Source: Deltaproteobacteria bacterium (lineage in GTDB: Bacteria > Desulfobacterota > Desulfomonilia > UBA1062). From it: a DNA stretch of 64,000 nucleotides. The translations under genes were made by a program, and so were the position numbers. Below, piece after piece: positions 9,952 through 19,954 of this stretch. The notes under the pieces are model-generated. The model was given only the letters and a program-made list of their open reading frames with translations, did no database searches and was not told where the DNA came from. Every line of letters starts with the position of its first letter. Within the stretch, counting starts at the first letter, position 1. The DNA is taken from NCBI GenBank assembly GCA_029552245.1, contig JAKPDW010000017.1, positions 48,368-112,367 on the forward strand, in the 5' to 3' direction.

Positions 9952-12390
9952 TTACTTCACGCCCGTGATCCGCATAGCGTAGAAGGAGCGGTACACGAAG
10001 ACAAGCGCGATGAGCACGAACACGACCGCCAGCCCTGTCCTGAGACCCTCGTTCGTCATGGTGACCGCGATCTCGGTGGCCAGGAGGCCGAACAGGGTGG
10101 TGAACTTGATGACCGGGTTCATGGAGACCGAAGAGGTGTCCTTGAAGGGGTCGCCCACCGTGTCGCCCACGACGGTGGCCTCGTGCAGCGGGGTGTTCTT
10201 CTCCTTGAGGTCGACCTCCACGATCTTCTTGCCGTTGTCCCAGGCGCCGCCGGCGTTCGCCATGAAGATCGCCTGGAAGAGACCGAAGAACGCGATCGCG
10301 ATGAGGTAGCCCACGAAGAAGTAGGGGTTGAAGAAGGCCAGTCCGAGCGCCATGAAGAAGATGACCACGAAGATATTGATCATACCCTTCTGGGCGTACT
10401 GGGTGCAGATCTTCACCACCTCTTTGGAGTCCTCGATGGAGGCGGAGGCCTTGTCGAGATTGATGTTCTGCTTGATGTAGACGACCGCCTTGTACGCGCC
10501 GGCGACCACCGCCTGGGTTGAGCCGCCCGTGAACCAGTAGATCACGCAGCCGCCCATGAGGAGGCCGATGACGATCTCGGGCTGGACGAGGCTGAGGCTC
10601 TGGATGACGTTACCGAAGAGGCGCTCGAGCAGGATGATGATGCCGAACACCATGGTGGTCGCACCCACGACCGCGGTGCCGATGAGCACGGGCTTGGCCG
10701 TGGCCTTGAAGGTGTTGCCCGCGCCGTCGCAGGACTCGAGGTAGTGCTTGGAGTGCTCGAAGTCCGGATCGAAGCCGAAATCCTTCTTGATCTCTTCCTT
10801 GACGTTCGGGACCGACTCGATCATGGAGAGCTCGTAGATGGACTGCGCGTTGTCCGAGACCGGACCGAAGCTGTCGACCGCGATGGTGACCGGGCCCATG
10901 CCGAGGAAACCGAAGGCGACCAGGCCGAAGGCGAAGACCGGGGTCGCGAACACGAACTCGGGTGGCATGATGTTGTGGATGGAGGGGTTCTTGGACACGA
11001 GGTACGCGATCAGCATGAGGACCAGGATCGCGAGGCCTTCCCAGAATGCCGAGTAGTTACCCGCCACGAAACCGGACAGGATGTTGAGGGACGGCCCGCC
11101 CTGCCGGGAAGAGTTCACCACCTCTTCGCAGTGGCGGCTCTTGGTGCTGGTGAAGACCTTGGTGAACTCGGGGATGAGGGCGCCCGCGACGGTGCCGCAG
11201 CTGATGATCACGGCCAGGGCCCACCAGAGGTCGCCGTAGAGGACCGGGTCGAGGTCCGCAAGGAGCACGTAGCTGGCGAGGAAGGTCACCGCGATGGAGA
11301 CGGCTGACGTGATCCACACGAGGTTGGTGAGCGGGTGCTCGAAGTCGAAGTCTTTCTTGGCGCCGAAGGCCGCCGAGCTGATGCCGAGGTTGAGGAAGTA
11401 GGACACCAGTGAGGTGAGGATCATCAGGATACGCATTGCGAAGATCCACACGATAAGCTTGGCGCCCATGGCCGGGTTGTCGGCGAGCGCAAGGGCCAGG
11501 AATGCGATGAGCGCCACGCCGGTCACGCCGTAGGTCTCGAAGCCGTCTGCCGTGGGGCCCACGCTGTCACCCGCGTTGTCGCCCGTACAGTCCGCGATGA
11601 CGCCGGGATTCTTGGGGTCATCCTCGGGGAGGTGAAACACGATCTTCATGAGGTCGCTGCCGATGTCGGCGATCTTCGTGAAGATACCGCCGCAGATACG
11701 GAGCGCGCTCGCACCCAGGGATTCGCCGATGGCGAAGCCGATGAAGCAGGCGCCCGCGAGCTCCTTCGGGATGTAGGCGAGGATGAGGATCATGAAGAAG
11801 AGCTCGACGCTCACCAGGAGCAGGCCGACGCTCATGCCCGAACGAAGGCAGATGTTGACGATGTTGAGGGGGTTGCCCTGGAGCGAGGCGAATGCCGCAC
11901 GGGAGTTGGCTATCGTGTTGATCCTGATGCCGAACCAGGCCACGCCGTACGAACCGAGGATGCCGAGGACGGAGGCGAGCAGGATCACGACGATGCTGCC
12001 TGCCGGCATGTGGCTCAGAGCGCCGAAATAGTAGATGATGCATATGGCGATGAGGATCCACAGCGCGAGCAGGAACTTGCCCTGCTGGGTCAGGTACGTC
12101 TTGCAGGTCTCCCAGATGGTGTTGGAGACCGAGAGCATCTGCTTGTGCGCCGGAAGGGCCTTAGTCTGGCTGTACTGCAGGAGGCCGAAGGCCAGGCCGA
12201 TCAGGCAGACGACCAGCCCGACGTTCAGGATCGCCAGGCCGCTGACCGGGGCGCCGAGGACATTGAAGCCGACCGATGAGAGATCAGGGAGCTTGATGTC
12301 AGCTTCCCCGGCGAACGCCATCGTCGCCTGCACGAGCATGACGGCGAAGACGAACACGAAGGACCAGAAACTCCGTTTTGCTTTGCCCAT
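9952..12390 (-). CDS. hppA: Membrane-bound proton/sodium-translocating inorganic pyrophosphatase
   Basis: Multiple TM helices and diagnostic motifs (DCTGDNAGDSVGPTADGFETY, VGDTVGDPFKDTSS). The start was refined to the ATG at 12390, which has a GGAGA RBS; the ORF track extends to 12528. Confidence 0.9.
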   Translation of the reverse strand: MGKAKRSFWSFVFVFAVMLVQATMAFAGEADIKLPDLSSVGFNVLGAPVSGLAILNVGLVVCLIGLAFGLLQYSQTKALPAHKQMLSVSNTIWETCKTYLTQQGKFLLALWILIAICIIYYFGALSHMPAGSIVVILLASVLGILGSYGVAWFGIRINTIANSRAAFASLQGNPLNIVNICLRSGMSVGLLLVSVELFFMILILAYIPKELAGACFIGFAIGESLGASALRICGGIFTKIADIGSDLMKIVFHLPEDDPKNPGVIADCTGDNAGDSVGPTADGFETYGVTGVALIAFLALALADNPAMGAKLIVWIFAMRILMILTSLVSYFLNLGISSAAFGAKKDFDFEHPLTNLVWITSAVSIAVTFLASYVLLADLDPVLYGDLWWALAVIISCGTVAGALIPEFTKVFTSTKSRHCEEVVNSSRQGGPSLNILSGFVAGNYSAFWEGLAILVLMLIAYLVSKNPSIHNIMPPEFVFATPVFAFGLVAFGFLGMGPVTIAVDSFGPVSDNAQSIYELSMIESVPNVKEEIKKDFGFDPDFEHSKHYLESCDGAGNTFKATAKPVLIGTAVVGATTMVFGIIILLERLFGNVIQSLSLVQPEIVIGLLMGGCVIYWFTGGSTQAVVAGAYKAVVYIKQNINLDKASASIEDSKEVVKICTQYAQKGMINIFVVIFFMALGLAFFNPYFFVGYLIAIAFFGLFQAIFMANAGGAWDNGKKIVEVDLKEKNTPLHEATVVGDTVGDPFKDTSSVSMNPVIKFTTLFGLLATEIAVTMTNEGLRTGLAVVFVLIALVFVYRSFYAMRITGVK

Positions 12391-12554
12391 AATCGCGTCT
12401 CCTTGTGTAATGATAACTGGATGAGCCTGTTGCCCGGGGAACCGCCGCCTTTTCCCCGAGCCGCGAACCTCGATGAGCCGAGAGGATCGTGCACGTGGAA
12501 GAAAGGCGGACCGTACGTTCCGGGGCATGAGTGAATCATCATTCAGCCCACATG

Positions 12555-12583
12555 AACCTACAATAGAAGCCTTTGCGTGTCAA
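12555..12583 (-). promoter_or_regulatory. Sigma70-like promoter candidate for hppA (TTGACA-17-TAGGTT on the minus strand)
   Basis: The minus strand reads TTGACA, 17 nt, TAGGTT. It sits about 160 nt upstream of the hppA ATG. Confidence 0.3.
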
Positions 12584-12722
12584 GGTTTTTTTTCTCCGAG
12601 AAAACCCGTCGTTTCAGGGGATTGACCGGCTTCTCCGCTGATTCCAGGTGACCTTTCCCTCCTGGTGGGAACACGCCCGATGACGGCGTTTCGGACATAC
12701 GGTATGACGTGATCGTTTTCTG

Positions 12723-12752
12723 TTGAAAGGCCGGGCGGGCGCTTGGTATAAG
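12723..12752 (+). promoter_or_regulatory. Sigma70-like promoter candidate for the hgd-like operon (TTGAAA-18-TATAAG)
   Basis: The plus strand reads ttgaaa ggccgggcgggcgcttgg tataag, about 125 nt upstream of the ATG at 12879. It diverges from the hppA promoter. Confidence 0.4.
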
Positions 12753-12878
12753 TGCTTCCATGCCGTTCTGCCGGGGTCGGGACCTGGAGAAGGTGTCCTG
12801 GTTCTTGGGTCGACCGATAGCCTGGGTCTTGCGTGGACAGCGCCGTGAGAGGGCAGGTTGCCGAGAAGGGGAGGGGAC

Positions 12879-13994
12879 ATGGAACGCATCGTGGAAGAGT
12901 TCAAGAAGGCTTCGGCAGACCCCATCGCCTACGGTCGGGCGCTGAAGGAGGATGGAAGGAAGATTATCGCCTTCTTCTGCACCTACACGCCGGAGGAGAT
13001 CATCCACGCATCCGGCGTCCACCCGATGCGCCTGTTCGGTACGACCAGGGACAGTTCCGCAGCCGACAGGCACCTCCAGGCGTACTGCTGCTCGCTGGTC
13101 CGCGGCGCCCTCGCGCAGGCCCTCTCGGGAGAGCTCGACTTCATCGACGGCGCCGTCTTCCCCCACACGTGCGACTCCATCCAGAGGCTCTCCGATATCT
13201 GGAGGCTGAACACGGCCTACGGTTTCTTCGCGGACGTCGTGCTGCCCGTGAAGCTCACGTCCGCAAGCGCGCGCTCCTATTTCGAGGACGTGCTGGCGAA
13301 GTTGAGATCGGACCTGGAGAAGGGCCTGTCGACGAGGATCTCGGACGACGACCTGCGGGCTTCCATCAGAACGTACAACTCGATACGGGCGTCCCTGTCT
13401 GAGCTGTACGGGTTCGTGTCGAGAGGGGCCTCCCCCCTGCTCCCCGGGGACGTGAGCGCCTTGGTGAGGGGGTCCATGATCCTGGAAAGGAGCGCGGCGG
13501 AGAGGCTCCTCAAGGAACTCGTCCGTGCGCACGACGGCATCGGCAGGAAAGACACGAACCTCAAGAGGGTCATGCTCGTGGGCGGCCTGTGCGACCACCC
13601 CGACATCTACCGGCTGCTTTTGGATTCGGGCGCGCTCGTCGTGTGGGACGACCTGTGCTCCGGTTCCAGGTATTTCGAGGGGGCGATCCCCGAGGACGGC
13701 GACCCCATCGCAAACCTGGCGGGCAGGTACTTCGAGCGGGCCGTCTGCCCTGCCAAGCACTCCTCCACGACCGCGAGGGCGCGCCGCCTGGTGGAAGCGG
13801 CGATCAGGGAACGCGTCCAGGGTGTCATATTCCTCCAGCTCAAGTTCTGCGACCCCCACGCCTTCGACTACCCCTACCTGAAGGAGACCCTGGACAGCCA
13901 TTCCATCCCGAGCATGCTCCTGGAGATCGAGGACCAGCTCCCGCCGGAGGGGCAGCTTCTCACCAGGTTCGAGACCTTCGTGCAGACGATATGA
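12879..13994 (+). CDS. 2-hydroxyacyl-CoA dehydratase / benzoyl-CoA reductase large-subunit family protein (HgdB/BcrB-like)
   Basis: Family signature CTYTPEEIIHASGVHPMRLFG and a size (371 aa) typical of HgdAB/BcrBC components. The ATG at 12879 is preceded by GGGAGGGG. Confidence 0.8.
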   Translation: MERIVEEFKKASADPIAYGRALKEDGRKIIAFFCTYTPEEIIHASGVHPMRLFGTTRDSSAADRHLQAYCCSLVRGALAQALSGELDFIDGAVFPHTCDSIQRLSDIWRLNTAYGFFADVVLPVKLTSASARSYFEDVLAKLRSDLEKGLSTRISDDDLRASIRTYNSIRASLSELYGFVSRGASPLLPGDVSALVRGSMILERSAAERLLKELVRAHDGIGRKDTNLKRVMLVGGLCDHPDIYRLLLDSGALVVWDDLCSGSRYFEGAIPEDGDPIANLAGRYFERAVCPAKHSSTTARARRLVEAAIRERVQGVIFLQLKFCDPHAFDYPYLKETLDSHSIPSMLLEIEDQLPPEGQLLTRFETFVQTI

Positions 13995-14073
13995 GATGCG
14001 AGCACCCCGGCACGGCCCGACGTGAGGCAGGTGGGAAAGAGCAAGCGATGAAAGTCCCAAACGAGGTGAGACC

Positions 14074-15315
14074 ATGAGCGCCGCCGACAGTGAAAAGCCC
14101 CGGAAGTTCCGCGCCGCCAAGCGCATGCGCGAGATCATGACCGAGTACTACATCGAGGCCAAGGGTGCAGGGTCGACAGGCAAGAAGGTGGCCTGGATCA
14201 CGAGCGGGGGGCCCGTGGAGCCCCTCATAGCCATGGACGTGATCCCGGTCTACCCCGAGAATTACGGGGCCATGATCGGTGCATCCCACATGGGAGGCGA
14301 CCTGTGCGCGAAGGCGGAGGCCATGGGGTACAGCACGGATTTGTGCTCGTACGCGAGGGCCGACATCGCCTGCGCCAGGGAGAACGGGGGCCCCATAGGG
14401 GGGCTGCCCAAACCGGACATGCTCATCTGCTGCAACAACATCTGCGGCACCGTGCTCAAATGGTACGAGACACACGCCCGCTACTTCGATGTCCCGCTCT
14501 TCATTTTCGATACACCCTTCTGTCATACCGAGTTCCCTGACATCGCCAGGAAATACGTCCACAGGCAGCTCGACGAGTACGTGGCCTTCCTTGAGGAGGC
14601 ATGCGGCCGTCCGTTCGACCTCGAGAAAAGTTCCGAGGTGGGGAGACGTTCCCTCGAGGGCCAGAGGCTCTGGCAGGAGGTGCTCGACACGGCCGCGCAC
14701 AGGCCCGCCCCCATGACCGCCTTCGACGCCTTCTTCTTCCTCGCCCTCATCGTGACGCTCCGGGGTACCCAGGTGGTGGTGGACTTCTACAGGGAGCTGC
14801 TCTCGGAGATGCGGGAGAGGATCGAGCAAGGCGTCTGGGCCATCCCGAACGAGCGCTTCCGCCTCCTGTGGGACAACCTGCCCGTATGGTACAGGCTCAA
14901 GTGGCTCTCGGACACGTTCGCATCCCATGACGCCTGCCTCGTCGCGGACACGTACACGACCGCCTGGTGCGGGAGCATGAAATACATAGACGAGAACGAC
15001 TTCTTCGGCTCCATGGCAGAGGCGTACACGCGGATTTACCTGAACATAGGCGTGGACGAGATGGCCAAGACCATCTTCTCCATGATCGACAAGTACCAGG
15101 TCGACGGTCTCGTCATGCACTCGAACAGGAGCTGCAAGCCGTACTCGTTCGGACAGTACGACATCATGCGCATGGTCCAGGAAGAGAAGGGGATCCCGTG
15201 CATGATCATCGAATCCCACATGACGGACGAGCGGAGTTTCTCCGAGAGCCAGACGCTCACCAGGATCGAGGCATTCATGGAGATGATCCGCCAGAGAAAG
15301 GGATTGCGAAGCTGA
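14074..15315 (+). CDS. 2-hydroxyacyl-CoA dehydratase / benzoyl-CoA reductase large-subunit family protein (HgdA/BcrC-like)
   Basis: Signature block LICCNNICGTVLKWYE. It is a paralog of the preceding subunit, and both have the [4Fe-4S]-cluster cysteine pattern of this family. Confidence 0.8.
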   Translation: MSAADSEKPRKFRAAKRMREIMTEYYIEAKGAGSTGKKVAWITSGGPVEPLIAMDVIPVYPENYGAMIGASHMGGDLCAKAEAMGYSTDLCSYARADIACARENGGPIGGLPKPDMLICCNNICGTVLKWYETHARYFDVPLFIFDTPFCHTEFPDIARKYVHRQLDEYVAFLEEACGRPFDLEKSSEVGRRSLEGQRLWQEVLDTAAHRPAPMTAFDAFFFLALIVTLRGTQVVVDFYRELLSEMRERIEQGVWAIPNERFRLLWDNLPVWYRLKWLSDTFASHDACLVADTYTTAWCGSMKYIDENDFFGSMAEAYTRIYLNIGVDEMAKTIFSMIDKYQVDGLVMHSNRSCKPYSFGQYDIMRMVQEEKGIPCMIIESHMTDERSFSESQTLTRIEAFMEMIRQRKGLRS

Positions 15316-15331
15316 GGACGGGAGGTTTCCC

Positions 15332-16102
15332 ATGACGGGTGGATCCATCAGGTACGGAATCGAGGGAAGGGTGTTCTTGGTTACGGGGGCGAGCAGGGGC
15401 ATCGGTCTCGCCATAGCCAGGGAGCTCGTGGAGCAGGGGGTGAGCCTCGCGATCTGCGCAAGGAAGCAAGAAGGCCTCGACGAGGCGGTCAAGCTCCTCG
15501 GGGGCCGGGAAAAGGTACTGGCGATCCAGGCCCATATCGCGAAGGAAGAGGATGTCGAGCGTATGTTCTCCGAGGTCCTCGGCCGGTTCGGCAGGCTGGA
15601 TGCGCTCGTGAACAACGTGGGCATGAACCTGTTGACCCCGTCGGTGGCCGACACCGACACCGTCTTGTGGCAGAAGATCCTGGACACGAACCTGAACGGC
15701 ACCTTTCTCTGTTCGAGGGCTGCCGCCAGGATCATGCGGCAGAACAAGCGGGGCAAGATCGTCACGGTGTCATCCATAGCCGGCCGCAGGGCGTCGCCGG
15801 GGATGGGGGTGTACGGGATCGCGAAGGCGGCAGTCGAGATGCTCACGAGGGTCCTGGCGGCCGAGCTCGCGCCCTTCAACATACAGGTCAACGCGGTCGC
15901 GCCCTCGATGGTGCGCACCGAGTTCAGCAGGCCGTTCTGGTCGGACCCGGCGATCTACGAGCAGGTCGCGAGGGCCATACCCATGGGCCGCATCGCCGAG
16001 ACCACCGACGTGGTCCACCCCGTGCTCTTCTTCACATCAGACGGATCGGACTTCATCACCGGGCAGACCCTGCTCGTGGACGGGGGGGCGAGCGCGGTAT
16101 GA
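15332..16102 (+). CDS. SDR family oxidoreductase (FabG-like short-chain dehydrogenase)
   Basis: Rossmann motif TGASRGIGLAIA, NNVG, and the catalytic S...YxxxK block (SSIAGRRASPGMGVYGIAKAA). It lies in the same operon as the hgd-like genes. Confidence 0.85.
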   Translation: MTGGSIRYGIEGRVFLVTGASRGIGLAIARELVEQGVSLAICARKQEGLDEAVKLLGGREKVLAIQAHIAKEEDVERMFSEVLGRFGRLDALVNNVGMNLLTPSVADTDTVLWQKILDTNLNGTFLCSRAAARIMRQNKRGKIVTVSSIAGRRASPGMGVYGIAKAAVEMLTRVLAAELAPFNIQVNAVAPSMVRTEFSRPFWSDPAIYEQVARAIPMGRIAETTDVVHPVLFFTSDGSDFITGQTLLVDGGASAV

Positions 16103-16183
16103 GGCCGGCCCGCCGGGACACGCCAGCGTCTGTGCGGGCACCATCGCCGATCCGTCAAGACTGACCCGGGGGAAGCGACCGAC

Positions 16184-16951
16184 ATGATCACAGCAGGGAT
16201 AGACATCGGGTCCATCACCGCGAAGGCGGCCGTGGTCGAAGACGGCAACGTCCTCGGCACGAAGGTCATCTTCACCGGATACAACGTGGAGACCGCCGCG
16301 CGGAAGGTGTACGGAGAGCTCCTCGCCGAGCTCGGTCTGCCGGCCGATGCAGTGGAGCGGGTCGTGGCAACCGGATACGGCAGGAACGGGGTCCCCTTCG
16401 CTGACAAGGCCATGACCGAGATCATCTGCCACGCCGCGGGCGCACACCACCTCATGCCCGAGGTGAGGACCGTGATCGACATCGGCGGCCAGGACAGCAA
16501 GGCCATGGCCGTCGATCACAAGGGCGCGGTGAGGGACTTCGTCATGAACGACAAGTGCGCCGCCGGGACGGGACGCTTCCTCGAGGTCATGGCGAGGGCC
16601 CTGGAGGTGAACCTGGACGACTTCGGGAACCAGTCACTCCTCGCCCCTGCGCCGGCAAAGATCAGCAGCATCTGCACCGTGTTCGCCGAGTCGGAGGTGA
16701 TCTCCCTCATCTCGAGGGGGGAGCCGCGGGAGAACATCATCGCGGGGATCCACGACGCGGTGGCGGCCAGGGTCTACGCCATGGCCCAGCGCATCAAGGC
16801 CGACCCCCCGATCATGATGACCGGCGGCGTGGCCAAGAACCAAGGGGTGGTCAAGGCCCTGGAACGGAGGTTCGGCTCGCCGATCAGCACGCACGAGCTC
16901 GCCCAGGTCAACGGCGCCATAGGCGCCGCCGTGCTCGCATCAGGCATCTGA
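16184..16951 (+). CDS. Acyl-CoA dehydratase activase (HgdC/BcrAD/BadF family ATPase, component A)
   Basis: Actin-fold ATPase motifs (GIDIGSITAKAAVV, DIGGQDSKAMAV) and the cluster-helix block NDKCAAGTGRFLEV. Confidence 0.85.
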   Translation: MITAGIDIGSITAKAAVVEDGNVLGTKVIFTGYNVETAARKVYGELLAELGLPADAVERVVATGYGRNGVPFADKAMTEIICHAAGAHHLMPEVRTVIDIGGQDSKAMAVDHKGAVRDFVMNDKCAAGTGRFLEVMARALEVNLDDFGNQSLLAPAPAKISSICTVFAESEVISLISRGEPRENIIAGIHDAVAARVYAMAQRIKADPPIMMTGGVAKNQGVVKALERRFGSPISTHELAQVNGAIGAAVLASGI

Positions 16952-16961
16952 CCTCCGCAGG

Positions 16962-17057
16962 CCGCCCTGCCCGAAACGTCCGACGGGAGAAAAGCGTTCG
17001 GCGGGTCGTCGTCCAGCCGGACGCTTGAGGGATCGAGTTCCTCGAGGTCCTTGTTCC
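16962..17057. repeat. ~90 bp intergenic repeat element, copy A (contains an imperfect 14-bp stem hairpin); second copy at 20706..20794
   Basis: About 93% identical to 20706..20794. The core is aaagcgttcggcgggtcgtcgtcc[a/c]gcc[g/g]acgcttgagggatcgag. Confidence 0.7.
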
Positions 17058-17398
17058 CGATGAGGGGGGAGAACTCCGCGGGAGAGGCGCTCTTCCGGAT
17101 GGCCTGTTCTCGGTCTCCTGGTGTACCTGGGTATATGGGTTGCGGATGAGCTTCAGAAGGTATTTTGGGGACGGGTCCACCTCGAGGCCTGACTGAACCG
17201 GGACAAGAGGCACCAAAAGCCTTTCGTCTTTGGTTCTCACCACGGACCCCAAGGGGCTCGGGTCGCGGCACGCAAGGGCGGTGATGGCCCTCCCGGTGGG
17301 TCCTTGACCAGGGGTCATGGCGGGGACATGCCCGTGTTGACACACGTCCGAGATCGCCTGTATTATGTTCTTTTCCATGAAATGGTGAGGGAGGTGTC

Positions 17399-18874
17399 AT
17401 GGTCGCCTACGAAAGTCCCCTGGTCATTGCCAAGGCCCAGTCCGAGATCGCCATCATCCCGAGGATGGCCAACCGGCACGGCCTCATCGCCGGGGCCACG
17501 GGCACGGGCAAGACCGTCACGCTGCGGGTCATGGCGGAGCGGTTCAGCGCCATCGGGGTCCCGGTCTTCATGGCGGACGTCAAGGGCGATCTCTCCGCGT
17601 TGTGCTCCGCAGGCGGGGACAATCCCAAGGTGAGGGAGCGCGTGGCGCAGCTCGGCCTCGACGGGTTCACTTACGAGGGCTTCCCCGTGGTCTTCTGGGA
17701 TGTCTTCGGCGAGCAGGGGCACCCGGTCCGCACCACGGTCTCCGAGATGGGGCCCGTGCTCCTGGGCCGTATCCTCATGCTCAACGACATCCAGGGCGGG
17801 GTCCTGACCCTCACGTTCAGGATTGCGGACGACAACGGCCTGCTCCTCCTCGACCTGAAGGACCTGCGCGCCATGCTCCAGTTCGTTGGGGACAATGCCG
17901 AGCAGTTCAAGACCCAGTACGGGAATATCTCCGCCGCCAGCATCGGGGCCATCCAGCGGGGCCTCCTGGCCCTGGAGGAGCAGGGCGGGGACAGGTTCTT
18001 CGGCGAGCCGGCCCTGAACCTGCAGGACCTCATGCAGACGGATGCCGGCGGGAAGGGCGTCATCAACATCTTCACCGCGGACAGGCTCATGGCCTCACCC
18101 AAGCTCTATGCCACCTTCCTGCTGTGGATGCTCTCCGAGCTCTTCGAGACGCTCCCCGAGGTTGGCGACCCGGACAAGCCAAGGCTGGTGTTCTTCTTCG
18201 ACGAGGCCCACCTCCTCTTCGACGACGCACCCAAGGCCTTGGTGGAAAAGATCGAGCAGGTGGTGCGGCTCATCCGCTCCAAGGGTGTGGGCGTCTACTT
18301 CATCACCCAGAACCCCCTGGACCTGCCCGAGACCGTGCTCGGCCAGCTGGGGAACAGGGTCCAGCACGCCCTGCGGGCCTTCACGCCCAAGGACCAGAAG
18401 AACGTGAAGGCCGCTGCCGAGACCTTCCGGGCGGGACCAGGCATGGACGTGACCAAAGCGATCACCGAGCTGGGGGTGGGAGAGGCGCTGGTCTCGGTCC
18501 TCGACGAGAAGGGCGCGCCCACCGAGGTGCAACGCGCCTTCATATGCCCGCCCCAAAGCAGGCTCACCCCCCTGAGCCCTGAGGAACGGCAGGACGTGAT
18601 CAGGAAGTCGCCCTGCTGGGGCATCTACGAGAAGGCCGTTGACCGGGAATCGGCCTTCGAGATGCTCAAGGCCCGCTCCGAGCAGGCGGCCAGGGAGAGG
18701 GAAGAGATCCTCGAACAGAAGCGGGAAGCCAACGATGCGAGGAAGGGGCGATCCCAGGGCGGTGACATCGTGTCCGCCATGGTGAAGAGCGCGGCCCATG
18801 CCATCGGAAGCCAGGTGGGCAGGCAGATCATCAGGGGAGTGCTCGGCTCGATCTTCGGCGGCAGGCGGCGGTGA
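17399..18874 (+). CDS. HerA-like / DUF853 family P-loop ATPase (YjgR-like)
   Basis: Walker A GATGTGKT at the N-terminus, the conserved [11 protein letters not shown] block (Walker B), and a ~490 aa length typical of YjgR/DUF853 proteins. GAGGGAGG RBS upstream. Confidence 0.8.
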   Translation: MVAYESPLVIAKAQSEIAIIPRMANRHGLIAGATGTGKTVTLRVMAERFSAIGVPVFMADVKGDLSALCSAGGDNPKVRERVAQLGLDGFTYEGFPVVFWDVFGEQGHPVRTTVSEMGPVLLGRILMLNDIQGGVLTLTFRIADDNGLLLLDLKDLRAMLQFVGDNAEQFKTQYGNISAASIGAIQRGLLALEEQGGDRFFGEPALNLQDLMQTDAGGKGVINIFTADRLMASPKLYATFLLWMLSELFETLPEVGDPDKPRLVFFFDEAHLLFDDAPKALVEKIEQVVRLIRSKGVGVYFITQNPLDLPETVLGQLGNRVQHALRAFTPKDQKNVKAAAETFRAGPGMDVTKAITELGVGEALVSVLDEKGAPTEVQRAFICPPQSRLTPLSPEERQDVIRKSPCWGIYEKAVDRESAFEMLKARSEQAAREREEILEQKREANDARKGRSQGGDIVSAMVKSAAHAIGSQVGRQIIRGVLGSIFGGRRR

Positions 18875-19112
18875 GGCCCCTGTTGGGATGCAGGACCGGG
18901 CACCGCGTCGCCCGACATGAATGGCCGCATCGGTGACGGATGTGGCTGTACACATTCCACAGGCTTCCGTAGGAGTGCGTGTCGAGAGCCATACCATACG
19001 GACATATGCGGGGCCTGCGGAACGATAGCTTGCGCCGATCCCGTCTCGGAGGGAGAAGAGAGCCCCCGATGGAGCCCCTTTCTGGAAAGGGCGCTCGTGC
19101 GGATCGTGATGT

Positions 19113-19260
19113 GCGTGATCCTCGTGTCGGGGATGTCTGGTTCGCAGGCCAGGCCTGGACCACACGTACGCCGCGTGATCCTCGTAGCGGGGATGTCTGG
19201 CGTGATGCCCATTTCCGCGCACCGGTCACAAAGCGTGATCCTCGTAGCGGCGATGCCTGG
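19113..19260. repeat. CRISPR-like mini-array: 3 degenerate 28-bp direct repeats separated by two unique 32-bp spacers (period exactly 60 bp); no cas genes in the window
   Basis: Repeats at 19113-19140, 19173-19200 and 19233-19260 (gcgtgatcctcgt[gt/ag]cgg[g/c]gatg[t/c]ctgg). The spacers 19141-19172 and 19201-19232 are unrelated to each other. Confidence 0.5.
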
Positions 19261-19704
19261 AACTGTATGGACGGCAGGAGACGAAAGGCCCTGTATGCCC
19301 TTCGATGCCGGCAAGGTGCACCTCCGCTCTTTCTCCGCCCAGGCGTGGTCGCGCCGGACACCGAGGAGAGAGACATGAGGCCCGTGAAGCTGGCGATGTC
19401 TCAGGCCGACACCGCCCAGATTTCGATGATCCCGACCTCGGCAGACACGATACACCCATCTTCTGGAAAACGACGATGTCGGTACCGTGGCGCATGATCG
19501 AGGGTTTTACCGCTGGCACAGGAACAAGGACCCTTCTCCGCAGCCAACGATCGTCTCGAAGGATTGCGATCCGACGGGCACCACATGGGCAGCTTACTCA
19601 TGATACTTACAGGAACTTGATGTCCCTCGTGTTGATTTGTGGATGTCCTGAGTTATCTTTGGTCAGATGAATTATGAACCCTGTTTGCGGGGAAGGAGGA
19701 AACC

Positions 19705-19914
19705 ATGAAGTACGGCGCACGCAACACTATTAAAGCCAAAGTGAAATCCGTTCATAAGGGCGACATCATGACCCTGGTGAAGTTTGATGCCATAAGCGCT
19801 CCGGAAATGGCGTCGGTCCTTACCACGGAATCGGTCGAAGGTATGGAACTCAAGCCAGGCGACAGCGTGCAGCTCGTCATCAAGGCCATCCACGTGCTGC
19901 CGGTCAAGGAGTAA
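19705..19914 (+). CDS. Mop/TOBE-domain molybdate(tungstate)-binding protein (molbindin), 69 aa
   Basis: A single TOBE domain (NTIKAKVKSV...GDSVQLVIKAIHV). A GGAGG RBS lies 7 nt upstream, and a short GC hairpin follows the stop. Confidence 0.7.
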   Translation: MKYGARNTIKAKVKSVHKGDIMTLVKFDAISAPEMASVLTTESVEGMELKPGDSVQLVIKAIHVLPVKE

Positions 19915-19954
19915 CACACGCGTCACGCATGCGCCCCTCACGAACGGGGCTGAG

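Noticed and set aside
9952-12528. The ORF-track N-terminal extension of hppA (46 extra residues, start at 12528).
   Set aside because: The extension is R-rich and non-hydrophobic. The first TM helix follows the internal ATG at 12390 directly, and that ATG has a GGAGA RBS. The shorter gene was adopted.
16962-17057. Treating the ~90 bp repeat as a coding C-terminal motif. The minus-strand ORFs 16774-17400 and 20642-21652 both translate it as ...ELDPSSVR.DDDPPNAFLPSDV...
   Set aside because: Both host ORFs are otherwise spurious antisense or out-of-frame reads. The shared peptide is simply the same DNA repeat read in the same frame.
18917-19497. ORFs 18917-19378 + and 18979-19497 + would encode proteins with a 20-aa repeat (RDPRSGDVW...) and would make the 60-bp-period array coding.
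   Set aside because: Only ~9 of 20 residues repeat and the rest is unrelated, so the array has invariant repeats and variable spacers rather than the graded conservation of a protein repeat. The translation is R-rich and low-complexity with no start context. A coding array is not fully excluded without expression data.
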